64,000 nt of DNA. It comes from Capsulimonadaceae bacterium. GTDB taxonomy: Bacteria; Armatimonadota; Armatimonadia; Armatimonadales; Capsulimonadaceae. Both the position numbers and the translations under genes were made by a program. The notes beneath the pieces are model-generated. The model was not told where the DNA came from. It made no database searches and saw only the letters and a list, made by a program, of their open reading frames with translations. The stretch is from the NCBI GenBank assembly GCA_965215505.1, contig OZ244065.1, forward strand, positions 3,808,001 through 3,872,000, written 5' to 3'. Of this stretch, positions 1-14,915 are shown one piece after another (position 1 is the first letter of the stretch; every line of letters begins with the position of its first letter).

Positions 1-1
1 C

Positions 2-1603
2 GCCGGGACCGCCGCCGCGCTCGTCTCGGCGGCGCGGGCCGACGACGCCGGGCGGGGCGCATCCCTCCAGGGTGCCCCGACGCTCCGCAAGCAGGGCGAC
101 GCCGTCCAACTGGTCGTGGACGGGAAGCCGTTCCTGATGCTCGGCGGCGAGCTGCTGAACTCAAGCTCGTCGAGCCTCCCCTACATGACGAAGCTCTGGA
201 CCCACATGAACGACCTGCACGCGAACACCGTGCTGACCCCGGTTTCGTGGGAGCAGATCGAGCCGAAGGAAGGCGTCTACGACTTCTCGCTCGTGGACGG
301 CCTGATCCGGGACGCCCGCAAGCACGACCTCCACCTCGTGCTGCTCTGGCTGGCGAGCTGGAAGAACGGCATGTCCAGCTACCAGCCGCTCTGGGCCAAG
401 GCGGACTACAAGCGGTTCCCGCGCGCCGCCCGGTCGGACGGCTCCCCCATGCAGGTCTGGAGCACCCTCTCCGAAAACAACTGGAAGGCGGACGGGAGCG
501 CCTTCGCCGCCCTGATGCACCACCTGCGCGACTTCGACCAGCGCGACCATACCGTGCTGATGGTGCAGGTCGAGAACGAGGTGGGCGTGCTGGGGGACTC
601 GCGGGACCGCTCCGAAGCCGCGAACGCCGCCTTCGCGGGTCAGGTGCCCGCCGCCCTGATGCAGCACCTCACCAAAAACGACGCCGCCCTCGTCCCGGAG
701 TTCCGCGCCCTCTGGGTGAAGGCCGGCCAGAAGCCCTCCGGAACCTGGGAGGAGATCTTCGGGGCCGGGCCGCACACGGACGAGATCTTCATGGCCTGGA
801 ACTACGCGCGCTATGTGGACCATGTGGCCGCTGCCGGCAAGGCTTCCTACCCCATCCCGCTTTACGCGAACGCCTGGCTCAACGACCCCATGGACTCCAA
901 GCCCGGCAACTACCCCAGCGGATGCCCCGAGTCCCATGTGATAGACGTCTGGCAGGCCGGTGCCCCGCACCTCGACATGCTCGCCCCTGACCTCTATGCC
1001 GGCAACTATCAGGAGCGCTGCGACCTCTACACCCGGCGCGGCAACACCCTGTTCGTCCCCGAGATGAACAGCGACGCCGGCGGCGCGCATAACATCTTCC
1101 TGGCGATCGGCCGGTACAATGCCCTCGGCACCTCCCCCTTCGGGATCGACCACACGCCCGGCGATGGGCCGTTCAGCAAGAGCTACGATGTGCTGGGCCA
1201 GATCGCGCCCTATTTCCTGGAGAACCAGGGGCTGGGTCGGACGACGGGCTTCGTCATTGACACCGACCACCCGCGCGTCACCACCCGGATGGGCGACTAT
1301 GACGTGGAGGTCTCGCTCGACTCGGTCTTCGGCCGCACCGCCTCGCTCGGCTACGGGATCGTGATCCAGACCGGGCCGAACGAGTTCCTGGGGGCCGGGA
1401 GCGGCTTCCGGGTCGCCTTCCACCCCCTGACGCCCGGCCCCAAATACGGCGGCATCGGCACAGTGCAGGAGGGCACGTTCCAGAAGGGCGCGTGGGTTCC
1501 GGGGCGGCGGCTCAACGGCGACGAGACCGACCAGGGTAGCGGGTGGCGGTTCTCGAGCTTCCAGACTGCCATCGAGAAGTGTACCGTGTACCGGTACGAG
1601 TAG
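2..1603 (+). CDS. GH35-like beta-galactosidase with DUF5597 C-terminal domain, 5' truncated by window edge
   Basis: Frame is open from position 2 (AGTAAALVSAARADD..., signal-like). Motifs LVVDGKPFLMLGGELxNSS, QVENEVG, LFVPE and C-terminal GRRLNGDE match GH35/DUF5597 proteins. Confidence 0.85.
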   Translation, partial: AGTAAALVSAARADDAGRGASLQGAPTLRKQGDAVQLVVDGKPFLMLGGELLNSSSSSLPYMTKLWTHMNDLHANTVLTPVSWEQIEPKEGVYDFSLVDGLIRDARKHDLHLVLLWLASWKNGMSSYQPLWAKADYKRFPRAARSDGSPMQVWSTLSENNWKADGSAFAALMHHLRDFDQRDHTVLMVQVENEVGVLGDSRDRSEAANAAFAGQVPAALMQHLTKNDAALVPEFRALWVKAGQKPSGTWEEIFGAGPHTDEIFMAWNYARYVDHVAAAGKASYPIPLYANAWLNDPMDSKPGNYPSGCPESHVIDVWQAGAPHLDMLAPDLYAGNYQERCDLYTRRGNTLFVPEMNSDAGGAHNIFLAIGRYNALGTSPFGIDHTPGDGPFSKSYDVLGQIAPYFLENQGLGRTTGFVIDTDHPRVTTRMGDYDVEVSLDSVFGRTASLGYGIVIQTGPNEFLGAGSGFRVAFHPLTPGPKYGGIGTVQEGTFQKGAWVPGRRLNGDETDQGSGWRFSSFQTAIEKCTVYRYE

Positions 1604-1624
1604 GCCGGCAAGGAGTGAGCCGGA

Positions 1625-1778
1625 ACGAGTGATTGAAATCACTCGCTGATCGGGACCTGTCCAGGGGACAGAAGAAGGATACGAGGGAAACAGAAGAGGG
1701 AACGGGCCAGGGTGGCATCACCCTGTTTTCGCGTCCCCTGGACGCTTCCGCCCGGAGCGAGTGATTTTAATCACTCGT
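1625..1778. repeat. REPIN/MITE-like element, family A copy 1
   Basis: Terminal inverted arms ACGAGTGATTGAAATCACTCGCT (1625-1647) and 1756-1778 match 22/23; each arm is itself a hairpin. Inner IR GTCCAGGGGAC (1659-1669) / GTCCCCTGGAC (1733-1743). Confidence 0.85.
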
Positions 1779-1840
1779 TTTCCTCTCGCCAGCCATCTGT
1801 GGGCACCAGTGCGTAACGTCAGCCAGTAAGGAGAGGCCCC

Positions 1841-4509
<2,669 letters not shown>

Positions 4510-4544
4510 GACAGGACGGTAACTGATTTAAAGACTGTACGCAG

Positions 4545-4658
4545 ACCTGGCGACTAAAGTCGCGGCAACAAAGGCACGAAGTCCGCCTGCGCGGACTCAG
4601 ACTCCGAACCTGCGAAGGCAGGTTTCGTGAACTCGTTGCAGCGGTTTCAACCGCCGGT
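4545..4658. repeat. REPIN/PATE-like palindromic element
   Basis: Terminal hairpins GCGACT-AA-AGTCGC and GCGGTT-TC-AACCGC in inverted arrangement (GCAAC...GTTGC, CACGAA...TTCGTG); internal hairpins GTCCGCCTGCGCGGAC and AACCTGCGAAGGCAGGTT. Confidence 0.75.
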
Positions 4659-4695
4659 CCAGAGCTTTTATACGGTCTCCTAGGAAATACCAGCC

Positions 4696-6228
4696 ATGCG
4701 CCTCTCCCGACGCCAATTCCTGATGCAGAGCGCGGCGGCCACCGCCGCCGGGCTTGCCGCGCCGCTGTGGCTCCCCGGCCCCGCCGGGGCGGAGGCCGTC
4801 GCCACGGCGGGCAGCGAGCCGCGCGTGATCGGCGCGGGGACAGTAGGCCCCGACATCCACCGGGGCGCGACCCCGGCCGCCATTCCGCCCGGCCTCTTCC
4901 AGCCGGACTCGGACTCGATCCGCCGGCACTACAAGCCGCCGCAGTGGTTCAGCGACGCCCGCTTCGGCATCTTCATCCACTGGGGGCTGTATGCGGTCCC
5001 CGCCTACCACAACGAGTGGTATGCCCGCCACATGTACGGCGCGTTCGCCCAGTACCAGACCGACCACTATGGGCCGCCGGACAAGTTCGGCTACAAGGAC
5101 TTCATCCCGCTGTTCAAGGCCGAGAGGTTCGACCCTGACGCCTGGGCCACGCTCTTCAAGAAGTCCGGGGCTAGGTATGTCGTCCCGTGCGGCGAGCATC
5201 ACGACGGCTTCGCCTTGTGGGACAGCAGCCTGACCCGTTGGTGCGCCGGCAAGATGGGGCCGAAGCGGGACCTGATCGGGGACCTGTCCAAAGCCATCAA
5301 GAAGCAGGGGTTGGTGTTCGGCGTCTCCAGCCACCGCATGGAGCATCACAGCTTCATGTACCCGACCACCAAGGTCAAAACGGACCTGTTCGACCCCGCC
5401 TACGCCGACTTCTACGGGCCGCCGATCCAGGAGCAGATGGACGCCGGCGGGGCCTCACCGGCGTTCCAGGACGACTGGCTGGCCCGATGCCAGGAGCTGA
5501 TTGACAAGTATCAGCCGCAGATGCTCTGGTTTGACGCTGGGGTGGATGCCCCCGAGTACCGGGCCGTCCTGCTGCGCTGTGCCGCCTTCTACTATAACCG
5601 GGCGGCCGGGTGGGGCAAGGAGGTCTCGCTGAGTACCAAAGACTCGCGCCTGGCCGGCAGCATCCTGGACTTCGAAAAGGGGGGGCGCGGCCCCAAGGAC
5701 ATCCTGGGCGGGGCGTGGCAGATCGACGACCAGATCGCGACCAACTCCTGGGGCTACATCAACGACATCAAGTACCGCAGCGCGGCCTCGATCCTCGGCG
5801 AGCTGATTGACGCTTCCAGCAAAGGCGGGAACCTGCTGCTGAACATCTCCCCGAAGGCGGACGGGACCATCCCCGACGAGCAGCAGCAGATCCTGCTGAC
5901 GGTGGGCAAGTGGCTGGAGACGAACGGCGAGGCGATCTACGGCACCCGCCCGTGGACGCGCTTTGCCGACGGGCCGTTCCACTTCACCACGGGGAGCGGC
6001 GCGCTCTACGCTATCGGGGCCGTCGGGGCGGATGTCCCCGCCGTCATCCCCTCACTCGCCACGGGCGCATCGGGCAAGGTGTCGGGCGTGCGCCTGCTGG
6101 GCCGGCCGGGCGAGTTAAAGTTCTCGCAGGACGCGGACGGCCTGAAGGTCCAGATGCCGCCGGGAGCGCCGGACCGGTACGCCTCCGTCCTCAAGATCAC
6201 TGGCCTCAAGACCACGGGGACAGTTTAG
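4696..6228 (+). CDS. GH29 alpha-L-fucosidase with Tat signal
   Basis: SRRQFL twin-arginine motif; WFxDARFGIFIHWGLY, EHHDGF, LWFD, SKGGNLLLNISP, NGEAIYGTRPW. Confidence 0.92.
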   Translation: MRLSRRQFLMQSAAATAAGLAAPLWLPGPAGAEAVATAGSEPRVIGAGTVGPDIHRGATPAAIPPGLFQPDSDSIRRHYKPPQWFSDARFGIFIHWGLYAVPAYHNEWYARHMYGAFAQYQTDHYGPPDKFGYKDFIPLFKAERFDPDAWATLFKKSGARYVVPCGEHHDGFALWDSSLTRWCAGKMGPKRDLIGDLSKAIKKQGLVFGVSSHRMEHHSFMYPTTKVKTDLFDPAYADFYGPPIQEQMDAGGASPAFQDDWLARCQELIDKYQPQMLWFDAGVDAPEYRAVLLRCAAFYYNRAAGWGKEVSLSTKDSRLAGSILDFEKGGRGPKDILGGAWQIDDQIATNSWGYINDIKYRSAASILGELIDASSKGGNLLLNISPKADGTIPDEQQQILLTVGKWLETNGEAIYGTRPWTRFADGPFHFTTGSGALYAIGAVGADVPAVIPSLATGASGKVSGVRLLGRPGELKFSQDADGLKVQMPPGAPDRYASVLKITGLKTTGTV

Positions 6229-6232
6229 CCCT

Positions 6233-8397
<2,165 letters not shown>

Positions 8398-8432
8398 GCC
8401 CGACGGCACTGCTGCCGAAAGGACAATGGTTG

Positions 8433-10940
8433 ATGTGGTATCCTGGAAGAAGATGGATCGCTTTGCTGACCGGGCTGCTGGTGATGGCCGCCGCCGCGCC
8501 GCCGAGCGCCGCCGCTACGCCCAGGCCGCCACGGCAAGAGTTATCTTTCGACCGTGACTGGCAGTTTCATCTTGGCGATGTTGTCGGTGCGGACCAGCCG
8601 GGTTTCGGCGACGCGGCCTGGCGGCCCGTTGACCTGCCGCACGACTGGAGCATTGAGGGGCCGGTCGGCCCGGACCAGGCCCCGATGGACGGGCCGTTTG
8701 ATCGGTCTTCGCCCGCCGGGGCGAACGCGGCCTACCTGAACGGCGGCGTCGGGTGGTATCGCAAGACGTTCACCCCGCCCGCGCTCGGAGGGCGGCGTTT
8801 CGCGCTCCTCTTCGACGGTGCCTACATGGACAGCGATGTCTGGCTCAACGGGCACCACCTGGGCAACCACCCCTACGGCTACACCAGCTTCTCGTATGAC
8901 CTGACGCCCTTCCTAAGCCTCGGCAAGAACGTGGTCGCCGTGCGGCTGAACGCGCAGCAGCCCGCCTCCCGCTATTACACCGGGGCGGGCCTCTACCGGC
9001 ACGTCCATCTGATCGTGACAGCCCCCGTCCACCTGGCGCAGTGGGGAACCTACGTCACGACGCCGCAGGCCGCGCCCACCGGCGCGCGGGTGCGCGTACA
9101 GACCCAGGTGGACAACGACGGCCCCCAGGCCGCCGGGGCGGCCCTCATCACCACGCTCTTCGACCCGGCCGGGAAAGAAGTCGCGCGGCAGGCCGCCAAT
9201 AAGCAGATCGCCCCCGGCGGCCACGCCGCGTTCGACCAGACCCTCCCGCTCCGCAGCGCGCGGCTCTGGTCGTGCGACACGCCCGTCCTGTACCGGGCGG
9301 TGAGCGAGGTGCGCGTCGGCTCGGCACTCAGCGACTCGGCCGCCACGCCGTTCGGCATCCGCACCATCGCCTTCACCAAGGGCAACGGGTTCCTGCTGAA
9401 CGGCCGGCGCGTGCAGATCAAGGGCGTCTGCGACCACCACGACCTGGGCTGCCTCGGTGCCGCCGCCCTGCGTCGCGGGTTCGAGCGCCAGCTTGAGATC
9501 CTGAAGGGGATGGGCTGCAACGCCGTCCGCATGAGCCACAACCCGCCCTCGCCGGAACTGCTCGATTTGTGCGACCGAATGGGCTTCCTGGTCATGGACG
9601 AGTCATTCGACGAGTGGCAGGAGAGCCACAACAAATATGGCTACGGGCGCTTCTTCGACAAATGGAGCGAGCCGGACATGGTGAGCATGCTGGACCGGGA
9701 CCGCAACCACCCAAGCATCATCCTGTGGAGCATCGGCAACGAGATCCTGGAAGGGCGGGAAGGCACCCCGACCGCCGGGCCGCTGGCCTTGCGTCTGGCG
9801 GCCATCTGCCACCGGGAAGACCCGACGCGGCCCGTGACCTCGGCGGGCGCGAACGCCAGCAATGCCTGGAAGAGCGGGCTGGGGAAGGCGCTCGACGTCT
9901 TCGGCGTCAACTACGATGAACCCTTTTACTTCGACCGGAACAAGCCGGGCGGGGACAGCACCGTTGCGACCGACCCCACCGGCTACCACGGCGAGCTGCC
10001 GATGATCGGCAGCGAAACCTCCTCCCAGGTGGACTCGCGGGGCGAGTACGGCCTGCGCCTCGACGCCCAGGGCGCGGTCCAGATCACGGCGAGGCTAAAC
10101 AACCAGGTCTCCAGCTACGACCTTACCCGGCCCCCGTGGGCTTCTTCGGGCGAGACCGACTTGCTCGCACTGAGGAACGCGCCCTGGGTCGCGGGCGAGT
10201 TCGTCTGGACCGGGTTCGACTACCTCGGCGAGCCGACCCCCTTCCGGTGGCCGTCGCGCTCCTCCTATTTCGGCCTGCTGGACCTGTGCGGCTTCCCCAA
10301 GGACCGCTACTACCTCTACAAGAGCCAGTGGAGCGACGCACCGCTCGTCCACCTCCTGCCGTCATCCTGGACCTGGCCCGGTTTCGAGGGCAAGCCGATC
10401 CCGGTCCGCGTCTTCACCAACGCCGACACGGTCGCGCTGTCCCTGAACGGCGTCTCCCTGGGCGTGAAGACCTTCGCGACCGAGGCGAAACAACTGCACC
10501 TGGAATGGGATGTCCCCTACGCGCCCGGCGTCCTGAAAGCGGTGGCGAGGAAGAACGGCAAGGTGGTCGCCACGGATGAGCTTCATACCGCCGGGCCGCC
10601 GGCGTGGGTTTCGCTGATCCCCGACCGTGCGCGGATCGCGGGCGACGGCTTGGACCTTTCTTTCCTCAAAGTCACGGTCCTGGACAAAGACGGCAATGTC
10701 TGCCCCGACGCGGACACCGAGCTTCACTTTGCCCTTCAAGGGACATCGGCGCGGATCGCCGGGCTGGACAACGGCGACGCGACAAACCATGAGCCGTTCC
10801 AGGGGACGCAGCACAAAGCTTATCACGGGCTTGCCCTCGCCGTGCTGAGGTCGCGCCCCGGCACCGTCGGCCCCGTCACGCTCACCGTGTCTGCGGACGG
10901 CCTGCCGCCCGCCTCGGCGACCGTCACCGTCACCAGATGA
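8433..10940 (+). CDS. GH2 beta-galactosidase-like glycoside hydrolase (DUF4982-type C-terminus)
   Basis: DLPHDWSI, GVCDHHDLG, GCNAVRMSHNP, NHPSIILWSIGNE, GEFVWTGFDYLGEP. Start set at ATG 8433 (signal peptide MWYPGRRWIALL...). Confidence 0.92.
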   Translation: MWYPGRRWIALLTGLLVMAAAAPPSAAATPRPPRQELSFDRDWQFHLGDVVGADQPGFGDAAWRPVDLPHDWSIEGPVGPDQAPMDGPFDRSSPAGANAAYLNGGVGWYRKTFTPPALGGRRFALLFDGAYMDSDVWLNGHHLGNHPYGYTSFSYDLTPFLSLGKNVVAVRLNAQQPASRYYTGAGLYRHVHLIVTAPVHLAQWGTYVTTPQAAPTGARVRVQTQVDNDGPQAAGAALITTLFDPAGKEVARQAANKQIAPGGHAAFDQTLPLRSARLWSCDTPVLYRAVSEVRVGSALSDSAATPFGIRTIAFTKGNGFLLNGRRVQIKGVCDHHDLGCLGAAALRRGFERQLEILKGMGCNAVRMSHNPPSPELLDLCDRMGFLVMDESFDEWQESHNKYGYGRFFDKWSEPDMVSMLDRDRNHPSIILWSIGNEILEGREGTPTAGPLALRLAAICHREDPTRPVTSAGANASNAWKSGLGKALDVFGVNYDEPFYFDRNKPGGDSTVATDPTGYHGELPMIGSETSSQVDSRGEYGLRLDAQGAVQITARLNNQVSSYDLTRPPWASSGETDLLALRNAPWVAGEFVWTGFDYLGEPTPFRWPSRSSYFGLLDLCGFPKDRYYLYKSQWSDAPLVHLLPSSWTWPGFEGKPIPVRVFTNADTVALSLNGVSLGVKTFATEAKQLHLEWDVPYAPGVLKAVARKNGKVVATDELHTAGPPAWVSLIPDRARIAGDGLDLSFLKVTVLDKDGNVCPDADTELHFALQGTSARIAGLDNGDATNHEPFQGTQHKAYHGLALAVLRSRPGTVGPVTLTVSADGLPPASATVTVTR

Positions 10941-10953
10941 GAAAGAGGCGTGT

Positions 10954-12132
10954 ATGATAAAGATGAGACGACTCGCTTTCCTTGGGCTGATGATCCTCGG
11001 CGTTCTATTTCCCGCCGTCGCCGCCTTCGCACAGGCCGTGCCGCCGCCCGGCAAGCCCGTCTCGCGCCAGGGGCCGTTCCTCCTGGGCGCGGACGTCTCG
11101 TGGATACCCGAGGAGGAGGCCGCCGGGGCGACCTACTATGACGACGGCGTCAAGACGGACATCTTCGCCATCCTCAAGAAGTACAAGTTCAATTACATCC
11201 GGCTGAGGATATTCGTCAACCCGCAGGCCCCCGGCGGCTATGCCGCTGGTCGGCCCGAAGCCTTCTGCGATCTGGCGCACACGGAGGCCATGGCGAAGCG
11301 GGTCAAGGCCGCCGGCATGGGGTTCCTGCTGGACTTCCACTATTCGGACACCTGGGCCTCGCCGGGCAAGCAGTTCAAGCCGCTGGCCTGGAAGGACCTC
11401 AGCTTTCCCGAACTGACCGAGACGGTCCACACCTATACGCGGAGCGTGGTCCGGGCACTCAAAGACCAGGGGACGCCCCCGGACATGGTCGCGGTCGGCA
11501 ACGAGGTCACGGACGGGATGCTGTTCCCGGACGGGCGGGCGTCTAATTTCGACCATTTTGCGGCCCTGGTCAAAGCCGGCATTTCCGGCGTGAAGGACGT
11601 TGACCCGAACATCAAGATCATGCTCCACCACCACCTGGGCCGCAGCGACCTGGTGGTCCGGGCGTGGGTGGACAACATGCTCGCCCGAGGCGTCCAGTTC
11701 GACGTCCTGGGCCTCTCCTGCTACGCCCAGGCGCATGACGGGGACTGGAAGACCACCTTTGACGATGTCTCCGCCCGGTATCCCGACAAGCTGATCGTCG
11801 CCGCCGAGTATACCGGCCACAAGCGCCTCCTGAACGATCTGGTCTACAACACGCCCGGAAAGCGCGGGCTGGGCACCTTCCTCTGGGAGCCGATCCAGTA
11901 CCGGGAAGCGATCTTCGACAAGGACGGCAGGAACGCGGGCGGCGGGGCAACCCCGGTCCAGGAGCGGCCCGGCTTCGCCAACACCATTCCGACCACCCCC
12001 GCGCCGCCGACAGTGTCCGTCACGCCACCGGCCCCGCGACCGCCTCGCGGTCCCTGGAACGGTGGGCGTTACGATACCAACGACTTCATCAAGCTTTATC
12101 CGCAGATGTCCGCCGACTACGGCAATAAGTGA
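10954..12132 (+). CDS. GH53 endo-beta-1,4-galactanase
   Basis: GADVS, NYIRLRIFVNP, LLDFHYSDTWAxPGKQ, VxVGNE and VAAEY motifs; signal peptide. Confidence 0.9.
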   Translation: MIKMRRLAFLGLMILGVLFPAVAAFAQAVPPPGKPVSRQGPFLLGADVSWIPEEEAAGATYYDDGVKTDIFAILKKYKFNYIRLRIFVNPQAPGGYAAGRPEAFCDLAHTEAMAKRVKAAGMGFLLDFHYSDTWASPGKQFKPLAWKDLSFPELTETVHTYTRSVVRALKDQGTPPDMVAVGNEVTDGMLFPDGRASNFDHFAALVKAGISGVKDVDPNIKIMLHHHLGRSDLVVRAWVDNMLARGVQFDVLGLSCYAQAHDGDWKTTFDDVSARYPDKLIVAAEYTGHKRLLNDLVYNTPGKRGLGTFLWEPIQYREAIFDKDGRNAGGGATPVQERPGFANTIPTTPAPPTVSVTPPAPRPPRGPWNGGRYDTNDFIKLYPQMSADYGNK

Positions 12133-12180
12133 ACAGGCCGCCGTGAAAGAGGAGAAGTCAAGACCGGGGTCGAAGTCCCG

Positions 12181-12350
12181 ACCATGCCGCCGGGTGCAGT
12201 TGCTCCACGAATGGCACGGCTAGACGGCCTTCGGCCACGAAGTACCGCTTCGCGGCACTCAGAACCAATCTTAGCCCCGCGAAGCGGGGGTTTATGGCGT
12301 CCGCGCCGTATACCCCACTAAAACCCTAGCCGTGCCATTCATGGCATGGT
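12181..12350. repeat. REPIN/PATE-like element, family B (both ends present)
   Basis: Left ACCATGCC...GAATGGCACGGCTAG and right CTAGCCGTGCCATTCATGGCATGGT are inverted; internal hairpins GGCCTTCGGCC, CCGCTTCGCGG, CCCCGCGAAGCGGGG. Related to 32252-32312. Confidence 0.75.
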
Positions 12351-12384
12351 CCGATGGGCGCTGGAAATTACCAGGAGTTTTATC

Positions 12385-13539
12385 ATGTCATCTAATCACT
12401 CGCGCGTATCCACTATCTTCGGTCCCGGCGTCGCGCTGACGGCGGCCGGCCTGGCGCTGGCCGCCTCCTGCTTCGGGCAGGCGACGCCTTCCAGTCCCAA
12501 AACCCCCGCCCCGAAGACCTTCATTGACTACTTCAAGCCGACGCCGATGACGGGTCCCCTTGCGTCGGACGTCTGGGGCGCGGCGGCGGTTTCGCCGCGT
12601 GACCCGAAGAACGGGCTGGAAGACCAGACCATGAAGCAGTGGGACTACTGGGACGGCCAGATCATCCGGGCGAAGGACGGCAAGTACCACATGTTCGCCA
12701 GCCGCTGGGACCAGGCCAAGGGCCACAACGGCTGGTTCGGCTCGCAGGCCGTCCACGCGGTCAGCGACAAAATCATCGGGCCGTATATTGACAAGGGGCT
12801 TTGCTGGCCGGACAATGAGGGCGGCAAGGGGCACAACGTCACCGCCCTGGTGCTGCCCGACGGGCGCTATGCGGTCGTGGTCAGCGAAACCCGGCCCGGC
12901 GACGTGTTCGTCTCCAAGTCTCTAGACGGACCCTGGGAGTATCTGGGCCGGATACAGGTCGCCGCCAACGAGTTCAGCGGCGGGGGCCGCATGTCCAACG
13001 TCAGCATCATGGTCCGGCCCGACGGCGGATTCCAGATCGTGCCGCGCTCCGGGGCCATCCTGATCAGCCGGACCGGCATCCTGGGACCCTACACGGTGCA
13101 GGGGCCGAGCGTCTACCCCACCGTCCCCGGCCTCCCGCAGCACGACCTGGGCAACCTGGAAGACCCGGTGGTGTGGTTCAGCGGGGGGCTGTATCACATC
13201 GTGGTCAACAACTGGAGCGACCGCAAGGCGTACCATCTCACCTCGGCGGACGGCATCACCGGCTGGACCTATCGGGGCCTGGCCTATGACCCGACGAGGG
13301 ACTTCGTGCGCTACACGAACGGGGCGGTCAACCATTGGAACAAGATGGAGCGCCCGAGCGTGCTGATCGAGAAGGGCCATGTGGTCGCCATGACTCTGGC
13401 GGTCATTGACGTCCCGAAAGACCAGGAGAACGGGAGCGACGCCCACGGCAGCAAGGTGATCGTCATCCCCTTCGACGGCGCATCCCTGGACCGCGACCTG
13501 AAGCGTGCTTCGGTGGCCTCAGCAGCACCGCCCAAATAG
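12385..13539 (+). CDS. Secreted GH43-clan (five-bladed propeller) glycoside hydrolase of unknown specificity
   Basis: YWDG...DGKYHMFASRW, GHN, EDPVVW and KMERP motifs; AGGAG SD before ATG 12385. Confidence 0.7.
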   Translation: MSSNHSRVSTIFGPGVALTAAGLALAASCFGQATPSSPKTPAPKTFIDYFKPTPMTGPLASDVWGAAAVSPRDPKNGLEDQTMKQWDYWDGQIIRAKDGKYHMFASRWDQAKGHNGWFGSQAVHAVSDKIIGPYIDKGLCWPDNEGGKGHNVTALVLPDGRYAVVVSETRPGDVFVSKSLDGPWEYLGRIQVAANEFSGGGRMSNVSIMVRPDGGFQIVPRSGAILISRTGILGPYTVQGPSVYPTVPGLPQHDLGNLEDPVVWFSGGLYHIVVNNWSDRKAYHLTSADGITGWTYRGLAYDPTRDFVRYTNGAVNHWNKMERPSVLIEKGHVVAMTLAVIDVPKDQENGSDAHGSKVIVIPFDGASLDRDLKRASVASAAPPK

Positions 13540-13552
13540 CGAAGGAAACCGA

Positions 13553-14896
13553 ATGATGCTGCGCCGCCTCCTGCCCTGCCTCGCCTGGCTCATCCTGGCC
13601 GCCGCCCCGGTCCTGGCCCTTGACGGGACTCTGACTATCCACGACCCCTCGACGGTGGCCGTCTGTGACGGCCACTATTACGTCTTCGGCACGGGGGGCG
13701 GCATCCCCATCTTGTCGTCCGCCGACGGCTTCACCTGGCAGCGCACCGGGCGCGTCTTCGCCCGCGTCCCCGACTCGGTCAAGTCGTTCGTGCCGAAGAA
13801 CGACGGCGTCAACGTCTGGGCACCCGACATCATCAAGCTGAACGGCAGCTATTACCTCTACTACGCCATCTCCAGTTGGGGGGAGTTCGTGTCCGCCGTC
13901 GGCCTGATGACCAGCCCGACCCTGGACCCCGCCGACCCCAAGTACAAGTGGACCGACCGGGGCATGGTGGTCCACTCGGCCCAGGGGGAAGACCTCAACG
14001 CCATAGACCCCGGCGTGTTCCATGCACCCGACGGCACGCTCTGGATCTGCTACGGCTCCTACCACGGCAGCATCCAGCTCGTGGAACTCGACCCCAAGAC
14101 GGGCCTCCGCATCGCGCCGGACTCGCGCGTCTCGGTCATCGCCCGCCAGAGCGAGGCGTCGGACATCGTGTTCCACGACGGCTACTACTACCTCCTGGTC
14201 AACCACGGGAGCTGCTGCCAGGGGGCCAGAAGCACCTACAACATCCGCGTGGGCCGGTCCAAGCGGGTCACAGGCCCCTATCTGGACCGTCACGGCGAGG
14301 ACTTGACCCGTGGCGGCGGCACCCTCTTCCTGGCGGCCTCGGGGAGCCGGATCGGGCCGGGGCACTTCGGCCTGCTGGTCGAGGGCGGCGTCGAGAAGTT
14401 TAGCTGCCATTATGAAGCCGACACGACCCGTGGCGGGCGTCCGACCCTGGATATCCGGCCCCTGCTGTGGACGGCCGATGGCTGGCCCTTGCCGGGCACC
14501 GACATCAAGGACGGGGCGTACCAGATGCGGTCCCAACAGACTGGCACGAATATTGAAGTCCCGCCGGACGCCGCCGAGGGGAGTCCGGCCCGCCTTGCCG
14601 CCTACCTGGTCCACGACAACCAGAAGTGGACGGTCACGGCGGCCGGCGGCGGATTTTATAAGATCGTCGGCGTGGCCGGCGGCAAGGCGTTGACGGCATC
14701 GCCCGCTTCGGTGACGGCCGCCGCGTTCAGCGGGGCGGACAGCCAGCTTTGGAAGATTGACCAAGTGAGCGACGGCAGCTACCGCATCGAGTCGAAGTCC
14801 GGCAAACTGGCCCTGACGGCGGGCGCGCGGGGTTCGCTGGCGCTGGCAGCCTACACCGGGGACGACACGCAGCATTGGGCCCTGGACACGCCATGA
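13553..14896 (+). CDS. GH43 endo-arabinanase-like enzyme with C-terminal ricin-B (CBM13-like) domain
   Basis: IHDPS, WAPDI, NAIDP, YGSY, GxCCxG, GPGH motifs; C-terminal QKW/QLW/QHW repeats. Confidence 0.88.
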   Translation: MMLRRLLPCLAWLILAAAPVLALDGTLTIHDPSTVAVCDGHYYVFGTGGGIPILSSADGFTWQRTGRVFARVPDSVKSFVPKNDGVNVWAPDIIKLNGSYYLYYAISSWGEFVSAVGLMTSPTLDPADPKYKWTDRGMVVHSAQGEDLNAIDPGVFHAPDGTLWICYGSYHGSIQLVELDPKTGLRIAPDSRVSVIARQSEASDIVFHDGYYYLLVNHGSCCQGARSTYNIRVGRSKRVTGPYLDRHGEDLTRGGGTLFLAASGSRIGPGHFGLLVEGGVEKFSCHYEADTTRGGRPTLDIRPLLWTADGWPLPGTDIKDGAYQMRSQQTGTNIEVPPDAAEGSPARLAAYLVHDNQKWTVTAAGGGFYKIVGVAGGKALTASPASVTAAAFSGADSQLWKIDQVSDGSYRIESKSGKLALTAGARGSLALAAYTGDDTQHWALDTP

Positions 14897-14915
14897 GAGT
14901 GGAAGGAGTAAGGCG